Of a stretch of 64,000 nt of DNA, positions 11,233 to 20,619 are shown piece by piece; positions within the stretch are counted from its first letter, which is position 1, and the number at the start of each line of letters is the position of its first letter. Source of the stretch: Candidatus Bathyarchaeota archaeon (GTDB taxonomy: Archaea > Thermoproteota > Bathyarchaeia > Bathyarchaeales > Bathycorpusculaceae); contig OY970176.1 in NCBI GenBank assembly GCA_963707955.1, positions 1,600,001 to 1,664,000 of the forward strand, in the 5' to 3' direction. Position numbers and translations under genes: made by a program. The notes beneath the pieces were generated by a model. That model had not been told where the DNA came from. It did no database searches and was given only the letters and a program-made list of their open reading frames with translations.

Positions 11233-11394
11233 ATGCCAATATTGGATCCGCTGAAGAAGGCACTGGCTCAGAAGCACAGGTTGTACATGAAAATATGCCG
11301 CGATTGCGGTGCAAGGAACGCTGCGACCGCGACAAAGTGTAGAAAGTGTCATGCAAAGAACCTGCGGTGGAAGAAAAGAGAAATCGTGAAGTAG
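11233..11394 (+). CDS. rpl40e: 50S ribosomal protein L40e (not in the ORF track)
   Basis: Hand translation: MPILDPLKKALAQKHRLYMKICRDCGARNAATATKCRKCHAKNLRWKKREIVK. Confidence 0.93.
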   Translation: MPILDPLKKALAQKHRLYMKICRDCGARNAATATKCRKCHAKNLRWKKREIVK

Positions 11395-11416
11395 TCTTCG
11401 CCTGTATTCTGTTTTC

Positions 11417-12031
11417 TTACAGAACGTTGAACAGGGTTTCAATGTTAAAAGCAGTGTTGGCGCATCCATTTTTTATCAGTGGAACGTGCTGACCAACGAC
11501 GTTCATGGCTTTCAACACGTCTCCTCCGAGTCTCACTTCTTCGCCGCAGGCGACTCCCACGACACCTTCATACTGCTTGGCCTTTAGAATCTTTGGGATG
11601 CAAGAACCGCCTGGCAGGATGTACACGTCATAGCCTTTCTTCTGGCCGAAGAGCACCGCTCTTCCTATGGGACAGTCTGGTGAGCAATGGGCGCATACGT
11701 AAGATGGGATGCTCGGGTCGAAGGACGCCCCGCATCTGTTGTCCATAAACTTCCTGGAGCAGTGAGGCAGGAACAAGGCTCTCCTTTTTGTTTGGACGAA
11801 TTTTTCTCTTTCAACGAGGTTTCTTGCTTGTGCATCCATCAGGTCTTCTAGAAGGGTTACAGCGTCGTGCAAGTTGAGGCCTGTTGCCTCTTCTATCTTG
11901 AATTTTCTTATGATCTCTTGTGCCGTTTTGCTAACCTGTTTATGCATGCCCTTTTGATAGCTGGCCTTAGCTATCTCAGTGAAGAAGAAGCGCGGGATTT
12001 TTGAGAGATCAAACGTGAACTTGTATGGCAT
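11417..12031 (-). CDS. DUF116-family protein
   Basis: LFLPHCSR, CAHCSPDCPIG, YILPGGS and GVVGVACGEE pattern. Confidence 0.8.
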   Translation of the reverse strand: MPYKFTFDLSKIPRFFFTEIAKASYQKGMHKQVSKTAQEIIRKFKIEEATGLNLHDAVTLLEDLMDAQARNLVEREKFVQTKRRALFLPHCSRKFMDNRCGASFDPSIPSYVCAHCSPDCPIGRAVLFGQKKGYDVYILPGGSCIPKILKAKQYEGVVGVACGEEVRLGGDVLKAMNVVGQHVPLIKNGCANTAFNIETLFNVL

Positions 12032-12120
12032 ACCCTAGCTTGTGGAGAGACAAACCTTTAAGATTAACTATTCTATACTAGTCCAAAATTGAAGATACTC
12101 AAAGCTGCGGAGGTTTAGCG

Positions 12121-12513
12121 TTGCAAAGATTCAGAAGAAGAAGAGAAGAAAAGAAATCGGATGTTGAACATGAGAGGAAGGTTTCGGAACTTGAACAGCT
12201 TGCTGGGAACGACAGGGAAACCTACGAAGCTTTGTGTTCAACGATGTTTCTCGACCCTAGGAAGATCGAGACTTCTTTGAAGCAGGCGGCTGACAACGCT
12301 GAGAAGAGTGAAAAAGACGGGGACATGGCAAGGGTTGGGATGTGGTATGAGGTCGCTGGGGGGCTAGCGATCTACGAGGGAAACGTGAAGAAAGTCATTG
12401 AGCATTACACTGATGCAGCAAGAGTCACAGGTAGACAATACGTGATATTGAAAAACCCTGAAAAAGCGGTGGCCGTTGCGCAAGAATACTATAAGAAAGT
12501 CCTGTTGGCTTAG
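12121..12513 (+). CDS. Hypothetical helical protein
   Basis: 130-aa ORF filling the space between neighbouring genes, with GGAGG upstream. Confidence 0.65.
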   Translation: MQRFRRRREEKKSDVEHERKVSELEQLAGNDRETYEALCSTMFLDPRKIETSLKQAADNAEKSEKDGDMARVGMWYEVAGGLAIYEGNVKKVIEHYTDAARVTGRQYVILKNPEKAVAVAQEYYKKVLLA

Positions 12514-12562
12514 CCGCGGAAATATTTGGTCTTCAAGTCAAAAACCGTGAGCAGCGGTTTTT

Positions 12563-12988
12563 CTATTTTTCTTCTTCCGTATATCCCAAAAGGTCTCTAA
12601 GAGATCTCACTTCTTCTCTGAGCACACTCACTTCGCTTTCAAGGGCGTCCGCTCTAGACTCTGCAACTTTTCTCAAGTTTTCGATCTCGACCATGAGGTT
12701 TGCCCGTTCTGTTTCCAGAGTTTTTATCTTCTCGCGGAGATTCGTGAGCGTCTGCATGAGTTCTTCCTTGATGCCCTTAATTCTTCCTACCATATTTTTA
12801 ATACTTGCTGTCTGTTGAATTTTCGTTTCACGTTCAACGGCCGATCTGAACCTAGCCCTGCAACTGGGACATTCGAATATGGCAGCAAGCTTGACTTCTG
12901 CACCTTTTTTCAAGGGTTTGCGAGAGGGAATCGGCCAAGTCTTGACAGGCGCGGCCACTTCGCAGCCGCATTTTGGACAGTTGACCAA
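12563..12988 (-). CDS. Cren7-like Zn-ribbon domain fused to a coiled coil
   Basis: CPKC..PVKTW..IFECPSC..FR N-terminal domain followed by about 75 aa of heptad repeats. Confidence 0.6.
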   Translation of the reverse strand: MVNCPKCGCEVAAPVKTWPIPSRKPLKKGAEVKLAAIFECPSCRARFRSAVERETKIQQTASIKNMVGRIKGIKEELMQTLTNLREKIKTLETERANLMVEIENLRKVAESRADALESEVSVLREEVRSLRDLLGYTEEEK

Positions 12989-13090
12989 GCAGATTCCTCG
13001 TGTGATTTATGGCGTGCTGCGTCTAAAATCTGTTTTGTAGAAAAGCATGGAACGCGCTGTTGACGTTAAGAAAAAAAGGGAGGGAGTGTG

Positions 13091-14065
13091 TTAGATAGTC
13101 ATGTGGAACATTAGCCGTTCAACAAGCTCTTTGTACCTGTTTCGAATGGTGACCTCGGTTACCTGCGCTATCTCGGCTATTTCTCTCTGTGTTTTTCTTT
13201 CCCCGGTCAGTACAGAGGCAATGTAACTTGCTGCTGCTGCGATGCCCGTGGGGCCTCGGCCTGAAGTCAGTTTGAGTTCTTTTGCTGCTCCTAGGATTTT
13301 GTGGGCGATCTCTTCTACCTTTCCCTGCATCGTTAGTTGATTTGAGAACTTTGTGATGTACTGGCTTGGTCTCACGGGCGGTATCGAATAGTTCAGTTCC
13401 TTGATTAGAAAGCGGTAGCTCCGTCCGACTTCCTTCTTGTTCACACTCGAAGCTTGTGCTATCTCCTCCAATGTTCTAGCCAGCGCACACTGTCTGCAGG
13501 CCAGATAGATTGCCGCTGCAGTTACGCCCTGAATGGACCTTCCTCTTATGAGCCTCTCTTTGACTGCCTTTCGGTAGATGACCGAAGCTGTTTCAAGAAT
13601 GCTCTTAGGAAGGTTCAGGTTGTTGGCAATCTTTGTGATTTCGGACAATGCGAAAGCAAGGTTGCGTTCCGTCGCGTCTGAAACCCTTATGCGACGCTGC
13701 CATTTTCTGAGCCTGTAAACCTGTGCCTTCTGTCCTGGCGATAGGCTTTTCCCATAAACGTCTCTGTCGTGCCAATCAATCATCGTTGACAAGCCTTTGT
13801 CGTGAATAGTGTAAGTCAACGGTGCGCCTACCCTCGTTCTCTTGGCTCTTTGTTCATCGTCGAAAGCTCTCCACTCTGGTCCCCTGTCAGTTATCTTCGC
13901 AGCCAGGACGAAACCGCAGTTCATACAAACGATTTCTGCACATTCATAATCGCGCATGAGCCTTGTGCTGTGGCATTCCGGGCATGTCTGGATCTTTACG
14001 TGCTCAGGGTTCTGCGGCGATGCGGACGAGTCTGGGTTTGCCTGAACTTCGTCACTATCATCCAT
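13091..14065 (-). CDS. tfb: Transcription initiation factor IIB
   Basis: Zn ribbon [17 protein letters not shown], two cyclin repeats and [13 protein letters not shown]. Confidence 0.97.
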   Translation of the reverse strand: MDDSDEVQANPDSSASPQNPEHVKIQTCPECHSTRLMRDYECAEIVCMNCGFVLAAKITDRGPEWRAFDDEQRAKRTRVGAPLTYTIHDKGLSTMIDWHDRDVYGKSLSPGQKAQVYRLRKWQRRIRVSDATERNLAFALSEITKIANNLNLPKSILETASVIYRKAVKERLIRGRSIQGVTAAAIYLACRQCALARTLEEIAQASSVNKKEVGRSYRFLIKELNYSIPPVRPSQYITKFSNQLTMQGKVEEIAHKILGAAKELKLTSGRGPTGIAAAASYIASVLTGERKTQREIAEIAQVTEVTIRNRYKELVERLMFHMTI

Positions 14066-14315
14066 ACTTGTTTTTCTCCTTTCTCCTCCTTGAGGGGATT
14101 ACGTAGACTGGTTTGTTCACCAATCTTTCAAGACCATGCATTGTGGGTCTTATTGCCACGTAAGGCGAGGACACTGGACCAAGTATGTCAAAAACCTTTC
14201 CGACGGGTTTTAGGTTTTCATCGACGACTGTTTCGCCAATCCTCGGAATGTTTTCAACCTTCGCTATCATGTTCCGACTTGGGCTTATCTGAAGGATTAG
14301 GCCTAGTCTCTGCAA
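14058..14315 (-). CDS. gar1: H/ACA RNP protein Gar1
   Basis: [18 protein letters not shown]. The gar1-tfb order is conserved in archaea. Confidence 0.88.
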   Translation of the reverse strand: MQRLGLILQISPSRNMIAKVENIPRIGETVVDENLKPVGKVFDILGPVSSPYVAIRPTMHGLERLVNKPVYVIPSRRRKEKNKYG

Positions 14316-14709
14316 ATTTTTAGTTTCCCCCTCACGAAAAGCAAAATGCTTCAGCCAAGCAGCCTATTTAAACTTTTCCACGTTTAAATTTTAGGAACAC
14401 GGCCATTTTCGAAAAACTGGCCTGCAACAGCCGATTTTAACCTTGATTGTCATCGAGATCTTGGCAGAAATTTGATTTGCGCGTTCAAAATGTCAGCTTT
14501 TCATTGTCCAAGCGCGTGATTTGCGTGGAAACTTCCCTGAAGGAAGGACTCCTCGTCTATTGGTACGGCAAAACACTTTTTCCAGGCGCATGGTGTCGGA
14601 CTGGGTCGAGGCTTATCATGAAAACACGCGGCAAAAGGTTACTTCGAGAGGTCGAAACCTTCATAAATAAGGACTGTTGATTAGACTGTGCATTTGAAGG
14701 GTGAGGCTT

Positions 14710-15090
14710 ATGTCCAAACCGTTTTATGTGAAGTTCGAGGTTTCGAAGGAACTTGCAGATGCGGCCTATGAAGCCCTGCAAATAGCCGCAAGAACAGGCT
14801 CTGTGAGGAAAGGCACGAACGAAACGACGAAGGCTATTGAAAGAGCTCAGGCCAAGCTTGTGGTTGTGGCAGAGGATGTACAGCCGCCAGAGGTTGTCGC
14901 GCACTTGCCTCTTCTGTGCGAGGAAAGGAAGATTCCTTACATCTTCGTCCCGAGCAAGGAGAAGATAGGCAGCGCGATAGGCATTGATGTTCCTGCTGGC
15001 GCCGCAAGCATCGTCAAAGAAGGAGACGCCACGGGACTGGTTAAGGAGATAGTTGAAAGAATCGAGCAGGCCAAAAGAGGAGCAAAGTGA
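14710..15090 (+). CDS. rpl7ae: 50S ribosomal protein L7Ae
   Basis: [13 protein letters not shown] and [19 protein letters not shown]. Confidence 0.97.
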   Translation: MSKPFYVKFEVSKELADAAYEALQIAARTGSVRKGTNETTKAIERAQAKLVVVAEDVQPPEVVAHLPLLCEERKIPYIFVPSKEKIGSAIGIDVPAGAASIVKEGDATGLVKEIVERIEQAKRGAK

Positions 15091-15320
15091 TGAGCAAAGA
15101 GGCAAGAGAGACTGAGCATGCACAGCTCACCCCGGCCGAGGTAATTCAAGTCATCGGGCGCACAGGTGTGACGGGTGAAATCGCTCAGGTCAGAATACGA
15201 ATTCTCGAAGGAAAAGACAAAGGGCGCATCATAACGCGCAACGTTAAAGGACCAGTTCGGGCTCAAGACGTTCTCATGCTCAGAGAAACTGAGAGGGAAG
15301 CAAAGAAGATCAGTAGATAA
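15087..15320 (+). CDS. rps28e: 30S ribosomal protein S28e
   Basis: IGRTGVTGE and RNVKGPVR...LRETEREA. Confidence 0.96.
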   Translation: MMSKEARETEHAQLTPAEVIQVIGRTGVTGEIAQVRIRILEGKDKGRIITRNVKGPVRAQDVLMLRETEREAKKISR

Positions 15321-15342
15321 GTTTGAGTCAGAATCGCAGGGG

Positions 15343-15549
15343 ATGCCCATCATGCCGAGACCTAGGAAATGCTCATTCTGCGGTAACGACTTCCCAGCGG
15401 GCACGGGCATGATGTACGTTAAGAACGACGGGTCAGTCTTGTGGTTCTGCTCAAGCAAATGCAGAAAGAGCTCCTTGATGTTTGGAAGAGACGCACGAAA
15501 GCTCAAATGGACAACATACTTCGGGAAGGAAGAGAAAGGAAAAGCCTAG
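15343..15549 (+). CDS. rpl24e: 50S ribosomal protein L24e
   Basis: CSFCG...PAGTGMMYV...FCSSKC...LKWT. Confidence 0.96.
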   Translation: MPIMPRPRKCSFCGNDFPAGTGMMYVKNDGSVLWFCSSKCRKSSLMFGRDARKLKWTTYFGKEEKGKA

Positions 15550-15628
15550 AATTCCATTCATAAAGAAGACGCACTAACCTTTCAGCTTCAACTGTCTTTT
15601 TCGGACGAGAATCCTGAACCGGCTTGTT

Positions 15629-15753
15629 TGGTAGCGGGGGGTTGATTTGAACAACCGCTAGAGGCAGCTTGATCTAGCTGCTATCTCTGGGTCCCTCAGA
15701 GCATTCGAGCTCTTATGAGCCCAGCGGGTTAATCCTGGCTACCCCACCCCGCT
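15629..15753 (-). tRNA. Initiator tRNA-Met(CAU) with two BHB introns (37/38: 15693-15713, 21 nt; 47/48: 15658-15682, 25 nt); CCA encoded
   Basis: A1:U72 acceptor stem AGCGGGG/CCCCGCT, three G-C pairs closing the anticodon stem, CAT at 15715-15717 and T loop TTCAAAT. Both inserts fold as 3-4-3 bulge-helix-bulge motifs. Confidence 0.95.
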
Positions 15754-15883
15754 GCATCTTTTATGCTGACGGGTATCTCTCTTAAATCTTTTACCAAGAA
15801 GATTTGGCCCAAAACCCGAGTTTTCCGGCCTCTTTGAAGTCGCTTGGGAGACGGAAACGTTTTAGACCCGCAATGCTTACCTA

Positions 15884-16549
15884 TTGAGTTTGGTGCTTCG
15901 AGGCTTGAACAAACCCTATCTCAGACAGACATCAAGTCCAACCCTTAAGAATCCGATTTTTGTACAAGGTCTTCCCGGGTTCGGGAATGTTGGCAAGATT
16001 GCAGCTTACCTGTTGATGAAGTTTTCTGGAGCGAAGCTTTTTGCCGAGCTGTATTCACCATCTTTCCCAGACTATGTTTCAATTAATTCAAAGGGGATCT
16101 GTCATCTGCCGCGATACGAGTTCTACGCCGCACCTACAGAAAAAAATGATTTCATTATAATGACAGGTGACACGCAACCCTCTTTCGACGATGTGGTCGC
16201 GCATTACGCGCTCTGCAGTGAAACGCTGGATTTCATCGAAAAGAGAGGTTGCAGCTTCCTTGTAACGCTGGGCGGAGCACCCGTCAAAGACGAGAAGGCA
16301 CAGGTGTACGTGGCGGCAACTTCGCCAAGAATTGCGTTGGAATTTATGGAGAAAGGCGCCGTGATTTACAGCAAGGGCAGGGTCGTCGGGGCTACAGGTC
16401 TCACGTTGGGGCTGGCAAAGGAGCGCGGCTTAGAAGGTGTGTGCCTGCTGGGGGCAACAACGGGCTTTAAAGCAGACCGAGGCGCAGGTTTTGCCGTGTT
16501 CAAGTTTCTGATGAAGGCTCTGGGCAGCGAGGTAAAGGAAGGGTTATAA
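15884..16549 (+). CDS. PAC2-family proteasome assembly chaperone-like protein
   Basis: FVQGLPGFGNVGKIAA, LYSPSFP, GDTQP and VTLGG. Confidence 0.85.
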   Translation: MSLVLRGLNKPYLRQTSSPTLKNPIFVQGLPGFGNVGKIAAYLLMKFSGAKLFAELYSPSFPDYVSINSKGICHLPRYEFYAAPTEKNDFIIMTGDTQPSFDDVVAHYALCSETLDFIEKRGCSFLVTLGGAPVKDEKAQVYVAATSPRIALEFMEKGAVIYSKGRVVGATGLTLGLAKERGLEGVCLLGATTGFKADRGAGFAVFKFLMKALGSEVKEGL

Positions 16550-16591
16550 GAGAAAACATCGATTTTAAGTCATCATCGAGGCGAGCGAAGG

Positions 16592-16810
16592 TTGACGGAA
16601 CAAAAGCAGAAAGCAAATGCAGGCTTCTTTAAGTCCAAGTACTGGAAGATGCTTCTCGTGCTTGTGATGGGTATCTTGCTGTTTGGAGCACCATACGCAA
16701 TGTATATTTTGCAAAATCACTACACCATTTCAACGATCGCCGGGTTCGGAGCCGTCTTCCTAGGTTTGTTGCTGATGTGGTACCTGATTAAGACCAAAGT
16801 CATTTCCTGA
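16592..16810 (+). CDS. Small membrane protein with two TM helices
   Basis: Two hydrophobic stretches in a 72-aa ORF downstream of PAC2. Confidence 0.6.
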   Translation: MTEQKQKANAGFFKSKYWKMLLVLVMGILLFGAPYAMYILQNHYTISTIAGFGAVFLGLLLMWYLIKTKVIS

Positions 16811-17008
16811 GTACAAGCTGTTTCTGCCTCAGATACCCTAGAGTACATCACCTTTTCAGACATTAAGGTTCGTCATCGGCAGGTCTAAAGGTGCGTGAGC
16901 CCTGTTAAAAATTGTTCGGTTAAAAGAGATTGGTTAGCAAAACATATAGTCTAACCAACGGCAATTACCTGTGTTGAACATTATTGCTTGAGCAAAGAGT
17001 GTGCAAAG

Positions 17009-17353
17009 ATGAGCCAAGATGAGAAGAACGCTTTGAAAACTGGGTTGACGCAGCCCACTAAAATGGCGGATCTGATCGCCTACCAGGAAGGTTCTGTCGT
17101 AAGTAGAACAATTGTGGACAAGAAGTCCGGGACTGTTACGCTGTTCGCTTTTGATAAGGGAGAGGGACTGAGTGAGCATATGGCACCATTTGATGCTTTA
17201 GCTTATGTTGTCGATGGAGAAGCAGGGGTCACTATTGCCGGCAAATCTCTTGTGCTGAAGGAGGGAGAGATGATCGTGATGCCGGCCAACAAGACGCACG
17301 CCTTGAGGGCGACTCGAAGGTTTAAGATGCTCTTGGTGATGATCCGGGCCTGA
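17009..17353 (+). CDS. Cupin-domain protein
   Basis: TLFAFDKGEGLSEH...MPANKTHALRA. Confidence 0.88.
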   Translation: MSQDEKNALKTGLTQPTKMADLIAYQEGSVVSRTIVDKKSGTVTLFAFDKGEGLSEHMAPFDALAYVVDGEAGVTIAGKSLVLKEGEMIVMPANKTHALRATRRFKMLLVMIRA

Positions 17354-17418
17354 GTATGCTTCAATATGCTCCAGCAGAGACACAAATTATATAAAATATG
17401 CTGAGAGATATACCAGTT

Positions 17419-18003
17419 ATGGAGAACGACAAAGAGAAAAAACTTGAAGAAATGGTTAAGAAGGGCGGAAGTTCAGCCAAGAGAACAACAATAATCCTTG
17501 AAAAAGATGAAAGGGAATTCATCGACTCCCTGATCCGTGAGGGGAAGGAACCCGGTATCAAGCCTCTCATCTCTAAGATGCTAGATGTCTACAGAAGCAT
17601 GATGATTTACGATTGGCGTTTTCCCGGCGAGTACTACTGCGGCATCAGCCGCATAGCCTTCGTGAATGTTGAACTGCTCAACATCCTGATCCAAAACACT
17701 CCGCGGGAGAAATGGCGCGAAATCGGCAGAACAATGGGTGAAGCCACAAGGGTGTCGATTGAAACCACCCTGGGAATACGAACACAGGACCGCGAGAAAT
17801 GGTCAGATGTTTTCAAGCGCTTGCGAGTGCAGGGTTTTGGTGATTTCTATCTGAAGGACAAGTACCTTCTTATAAAAACGCCTTTCATCGGCGAATCTGA
17901 GATCTGGGCTGGCCTGCTGGAGGGCTTATTCGATATAGAATTGGACGTGAAAACCACTTCTTCCCCGTTGGTTTTCGAAATGATAAAAAAAGACACAAAA
18001 TGA
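17419..18003 (+). CDS. Hypothetical protein, RHH-like N-terminus with V4R-like C-terminal domain
   Basis: KRTTIILEKDEREFIDSL resembles a ribbon-helix-helix start; REIGRTMGE...QGFG pattern follows. Confidence 0.55.
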   Translation: MENDKEKKLEEMVKKGGSSAKRTTIILEKDEREFIDSLIREGKEPGIKPLISKMLDVYRSMMIYDWRFPGEYYCGISRIAFVNVELLNILIQNTPREKWREIGRTMGEATRVSIETTLGIRTQDREKWSDVFKRLRVQGFGDFYLKDKYLLIKTPFIGESEIWAGLLEGLFDIELDVKTTSSPLVFEMIKKDTK

Positions 18004-18063
18004 ACGAATAGATCTTATACTTCATACGCCAAGATTTGAAGAAAGGCTCAAGAGGAGAGTTAA

Positions 18064-19119
18064 ATGTCACTTCACGAAGCGATGCTTTACCAGAAATTGG
18101 AGGACAAGAAAGTCAACTGCTACCTTTGTGCGAGAAGATGCCATATAAACGACGGAGGCACAGGTTTCTGCCTGGTAAGAAAGAACAATGGTGGCACTCT
18201 TTTTTCGCTCAACTATGCTAAAGCAATATCTGCTGGCGTGGATCCTGTGGAGAAGAAGCCTTTGGCACACTTTGACCCAGGAGCCTTGGTCATGTCCATC
18301 GCTACAGTAGGCTGCAACTTCCGCTGTCAGTTCTGCGACAACTGGATGATCAGCCAAGAGAAGGAGATAGCAGGCAACCCCCTTCCTCCTGAAGAGGTCG
18401 TCAAGGCTGCCAGAGACAACGACTGTCAGGGAATAAGCTACACTTACACAGAGCCGACGATATTCTTCGAGTACGCTTACGACACGTCCAGGCTAGCACA
18501 TGAAGTCGGGTTCTTCAACACGTTTGTTACAAACGGTTACATGACACCAGAGGCTGTAAAGACTATAGCACCATATTTAGACGCTGCAACCGTAGACTTC
18601 AAGGGAGGCGGAGACCCAGAATTCTACAAAACTTTTTCAGCTGTTCCTTCCGTTGCCCCCATTTTCGAGGCTCTGAAAGAGATGAGAAGGAACAACGTCC
18701 ACGTTGAAATCACGAACCTAATCGTGCCAAAATCAGGAGATTCTCTAGAGAGAATAAAAGAGCTCGCAATTTGGATTAGAGACGGAATCGGCAAGGACAC
18801 ACCGTTTCACCTACTGCGTTTTCATCCTGACTATCAGTTAACCTCAATCCCCGCAACACCTATCGAAACATTAGAAAAGGCCTACATGACAGCGAAAGAA
18901 GCTGGACTAAACTACGTTTACATTGGAAACGTGCCAGGGCATCCAAGCGAGAACACGTATTGTCCAAACTGCAACGAAATGCTGATCAAGCGATACAGCT
19001 TCGCGGTCACGCGGTGGAATCTGACTAAGGACATGCGCTGTCCCGTCTGCGGACAAAGCATCCCGATCAAGGGCACACTGCACCCAAGCGGGCACTCGCT
19101 TCCCTACGCCCTGTTCTGA
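18064..19119 (+). CDS. amrS: AmmeMemoRadiSam-system radical SAM enzyme
   Basis: CYLCARRC, DPVEKKPL, CNFRCQFCDN, SYTYTEP, RFHPDY and C-terminal CPNC/CPVC. Confidence 0.88.
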   Translation: MSLHEAMLYQKLEDKKVNCYLCARRCHINDGGTGFCLVRKNNGGTLFSLNYAKAISAGVDPVEKKPLAHFDPGALVMSIATVGCNFRCQFCDNWMISQEKEIAGNPLPPEEVVKAARDNDCQGISYTYTEPTIFFEYAYDTSRLAHEVGFFNTFVTNGYMTPEAVKTIAPYLDAATVDFKGGGDPEFYKTFSAVPSVAPIFEALKEMRRNNVHVEITNLIVPKSGDSLERIKELAIWIRDGIGKDTPFHLLRFHPDYQLTSIPATPIETLEKAYMTAKEAGLNYVYIGNVPGHPSENTYCPNCNEMLIKRYSFAVTRWNLTKDMRCPVCGQSIPIKGTLHPSGHSLPYALF

Positions 19120-19152
19120 CAAATCCAAAGCGTCGAGTAAGACTGATTAGAA

Positions 19153-20244
19153 ATGTGGAGACTCCTTCGCCCAGATGCCCTTGCCGTTCTCCAAGATGAA
19201 TCAGCAAAGAAAAGTCTGGTCAGATACTTCGCGGTTATGCAGGATGAGAAGCCCGCAAAATTCGTCATCGCCAAAAAGCTTCCCGCCGAATTCAGTGAAA
19301 ACGATTCAGTTGAGACGCTCTGGCAAAAACACGCAAGCCTCACTCAGGAGTTTTGCGAAATCGAAAGAGAAATTGACCATGGCCACGAAAACTTGGCGAA
19401 GATGCCGACTCCAAGCAAGTCTTACCTTGACCTGAAAATTGAAATCGCAAACAGAATTCTGCTTTCCTGCCACTTCTGCACACGCAAATGTCAGGTCAAC
19501 AGGCTGAGGGGGCAACTAGGCTATTGCCGATGCGGTTCAAAGATTACGGTTTCAAGCATTTTTGAGCACACGGGCGAAGAGCCTGAACTTGTGCCTTCCG
19601 GAACCGTTTTTACGATGGGCTGCACGATGCGCTGCAAGCACTGCCAAAACTGGACGATCTCTCAATGGGAGGAAAGAGGCGAAGTCTACGAGCTGGACGC
19701 ATTAGCCGAAGAGGTGAAGCAACTGCGCCTAAACAGTTGCAGGAACATCAACCTCGTAGGCGGAGAACCAACGCCTTGGCTTCAACAATGGTTCAGCACG
19801 TTCAAGCACGTTGACATCAACGTCCCAGTCGTCTGGAACTCAAACACATACTACAGCCCAGAGACGGCCAAGCTATTAGCAGGCTTTGCCGACATTTACC
19901 TATTAGATTTCAAATACGGACCGGGAGATTGTGCAGAAAAGATATCCGACGCTCAGAGCTACTGGAAAGTGTGCACTTACAATCATTTGGAGAGTAACAG
20001 ATTCGGAGAACTCATAGTGCGCATCCTTGTCCTACCAAATCATCTGGAGTGCTGTGCAAAGCCGATCATCAATTGGATAGCGGAGAATCTAAGCCCTGAC
20101 ACGAGGGTCAACGTCATGTTCCAGTACAGACCGGAGTGGCGAGCGTGCGAGGTTCCAGACTTAAGTAGGAGCCTAACAAGCGCTGAGAAGGACAGGGCTA
20201 TTCAACTGGCCAGAGAGGCAAATCTGACAAATTTCATAACGTGA
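19153..20244 (+). CDS. Radical SAM protein, PflX-like (PFL-activating enzyme-like)
   Basis: CHFCTRKC, HTGEEPELVPSGTVF, CTMRCKHCQN and VWNSN. Confidence 0.85.
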   Translation: MWRLLRPDALAVLQDESAKKSLVRYFAVMQDEKPAKFVIAKKLPAEFSENDSVETLWQKHASLTQEFCEIEREIDHGHENLAKMPTPSKSYLDLKIEIANRILLSCHFCTRKCQVNRLRGQLGYCRCGSKITVSSIFEHTGEEPELVPSGTVFTMGCTMRCKHCQNWTISQWEERGEVYELDALAEEVKQLRLNSCRNINLVGGEPTPWLQQWFSTFKHVDINVPVVWNSNTYYSPETAKLLAGFADIYLLDFKYGPGDCAEKISDAQSYWKVCTYNHLESNRFGELIVRILVLPNHLECCAKPIINWIAENLSPDTRVNVMFQYRPEWRACEVPDLSRSLTSAEKDRAIQLAREANLTNFIT

Positions 20245-20317
20245 AGTCACTTCTTCGAGAGCGAAACGTATTTCTCAAGCTGCCCTCACTTCTAGACGCA
20301 GAAACGAGTGAATAAGA

Positions 20318-20525
20318 ATGCCATATTGTCCCGAATGTGGCGGCGAAATGCAGTACATGATAGCCACCAAGCACTACGTGTGCAAGAGACTGCGGGCTCT
20401 CTGTGACGCAGCAGGAACTGATGGAACTGAGAGAAAAACTCAGACCCAACATGGAGTCTGAGGAAGAAGAGCATCAGAAACAGAAGAAAGAATACCTGAA
20501 ATGGTACTTGAGCAAGAAAAAATAG
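20318..20525 (+). CDS. Small Zn-ribbon protein (about 68 aa), masked by a 1-nt insertion at 20389
   Basis: MPYCPECGGEM...YVCK[S]CGLSVTQQELMELREK...EYLKWYLSKKK reads through once one A is removed. Confidence 0.75.
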
Positions 20526-20619
20526 GACAAGCCCTCAGCTTTTCATGGCGAAAGTCAGCAAACAGCATAAAAGAATGAACGGCTTTTCAATAATCGCTCA
20601 AACAGCGGAGAAGTCTGAA

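Noticed and set aside
14672-14700. K-turn-like sequence (CT-GTT-GA...TGA-AG) upstream of rpl7ae suggesting autoregulation
   Set aside because: The likely TATA box at about 14660-14667 puts most of the motif upstream of the expected transcription start, and the stems are very short.
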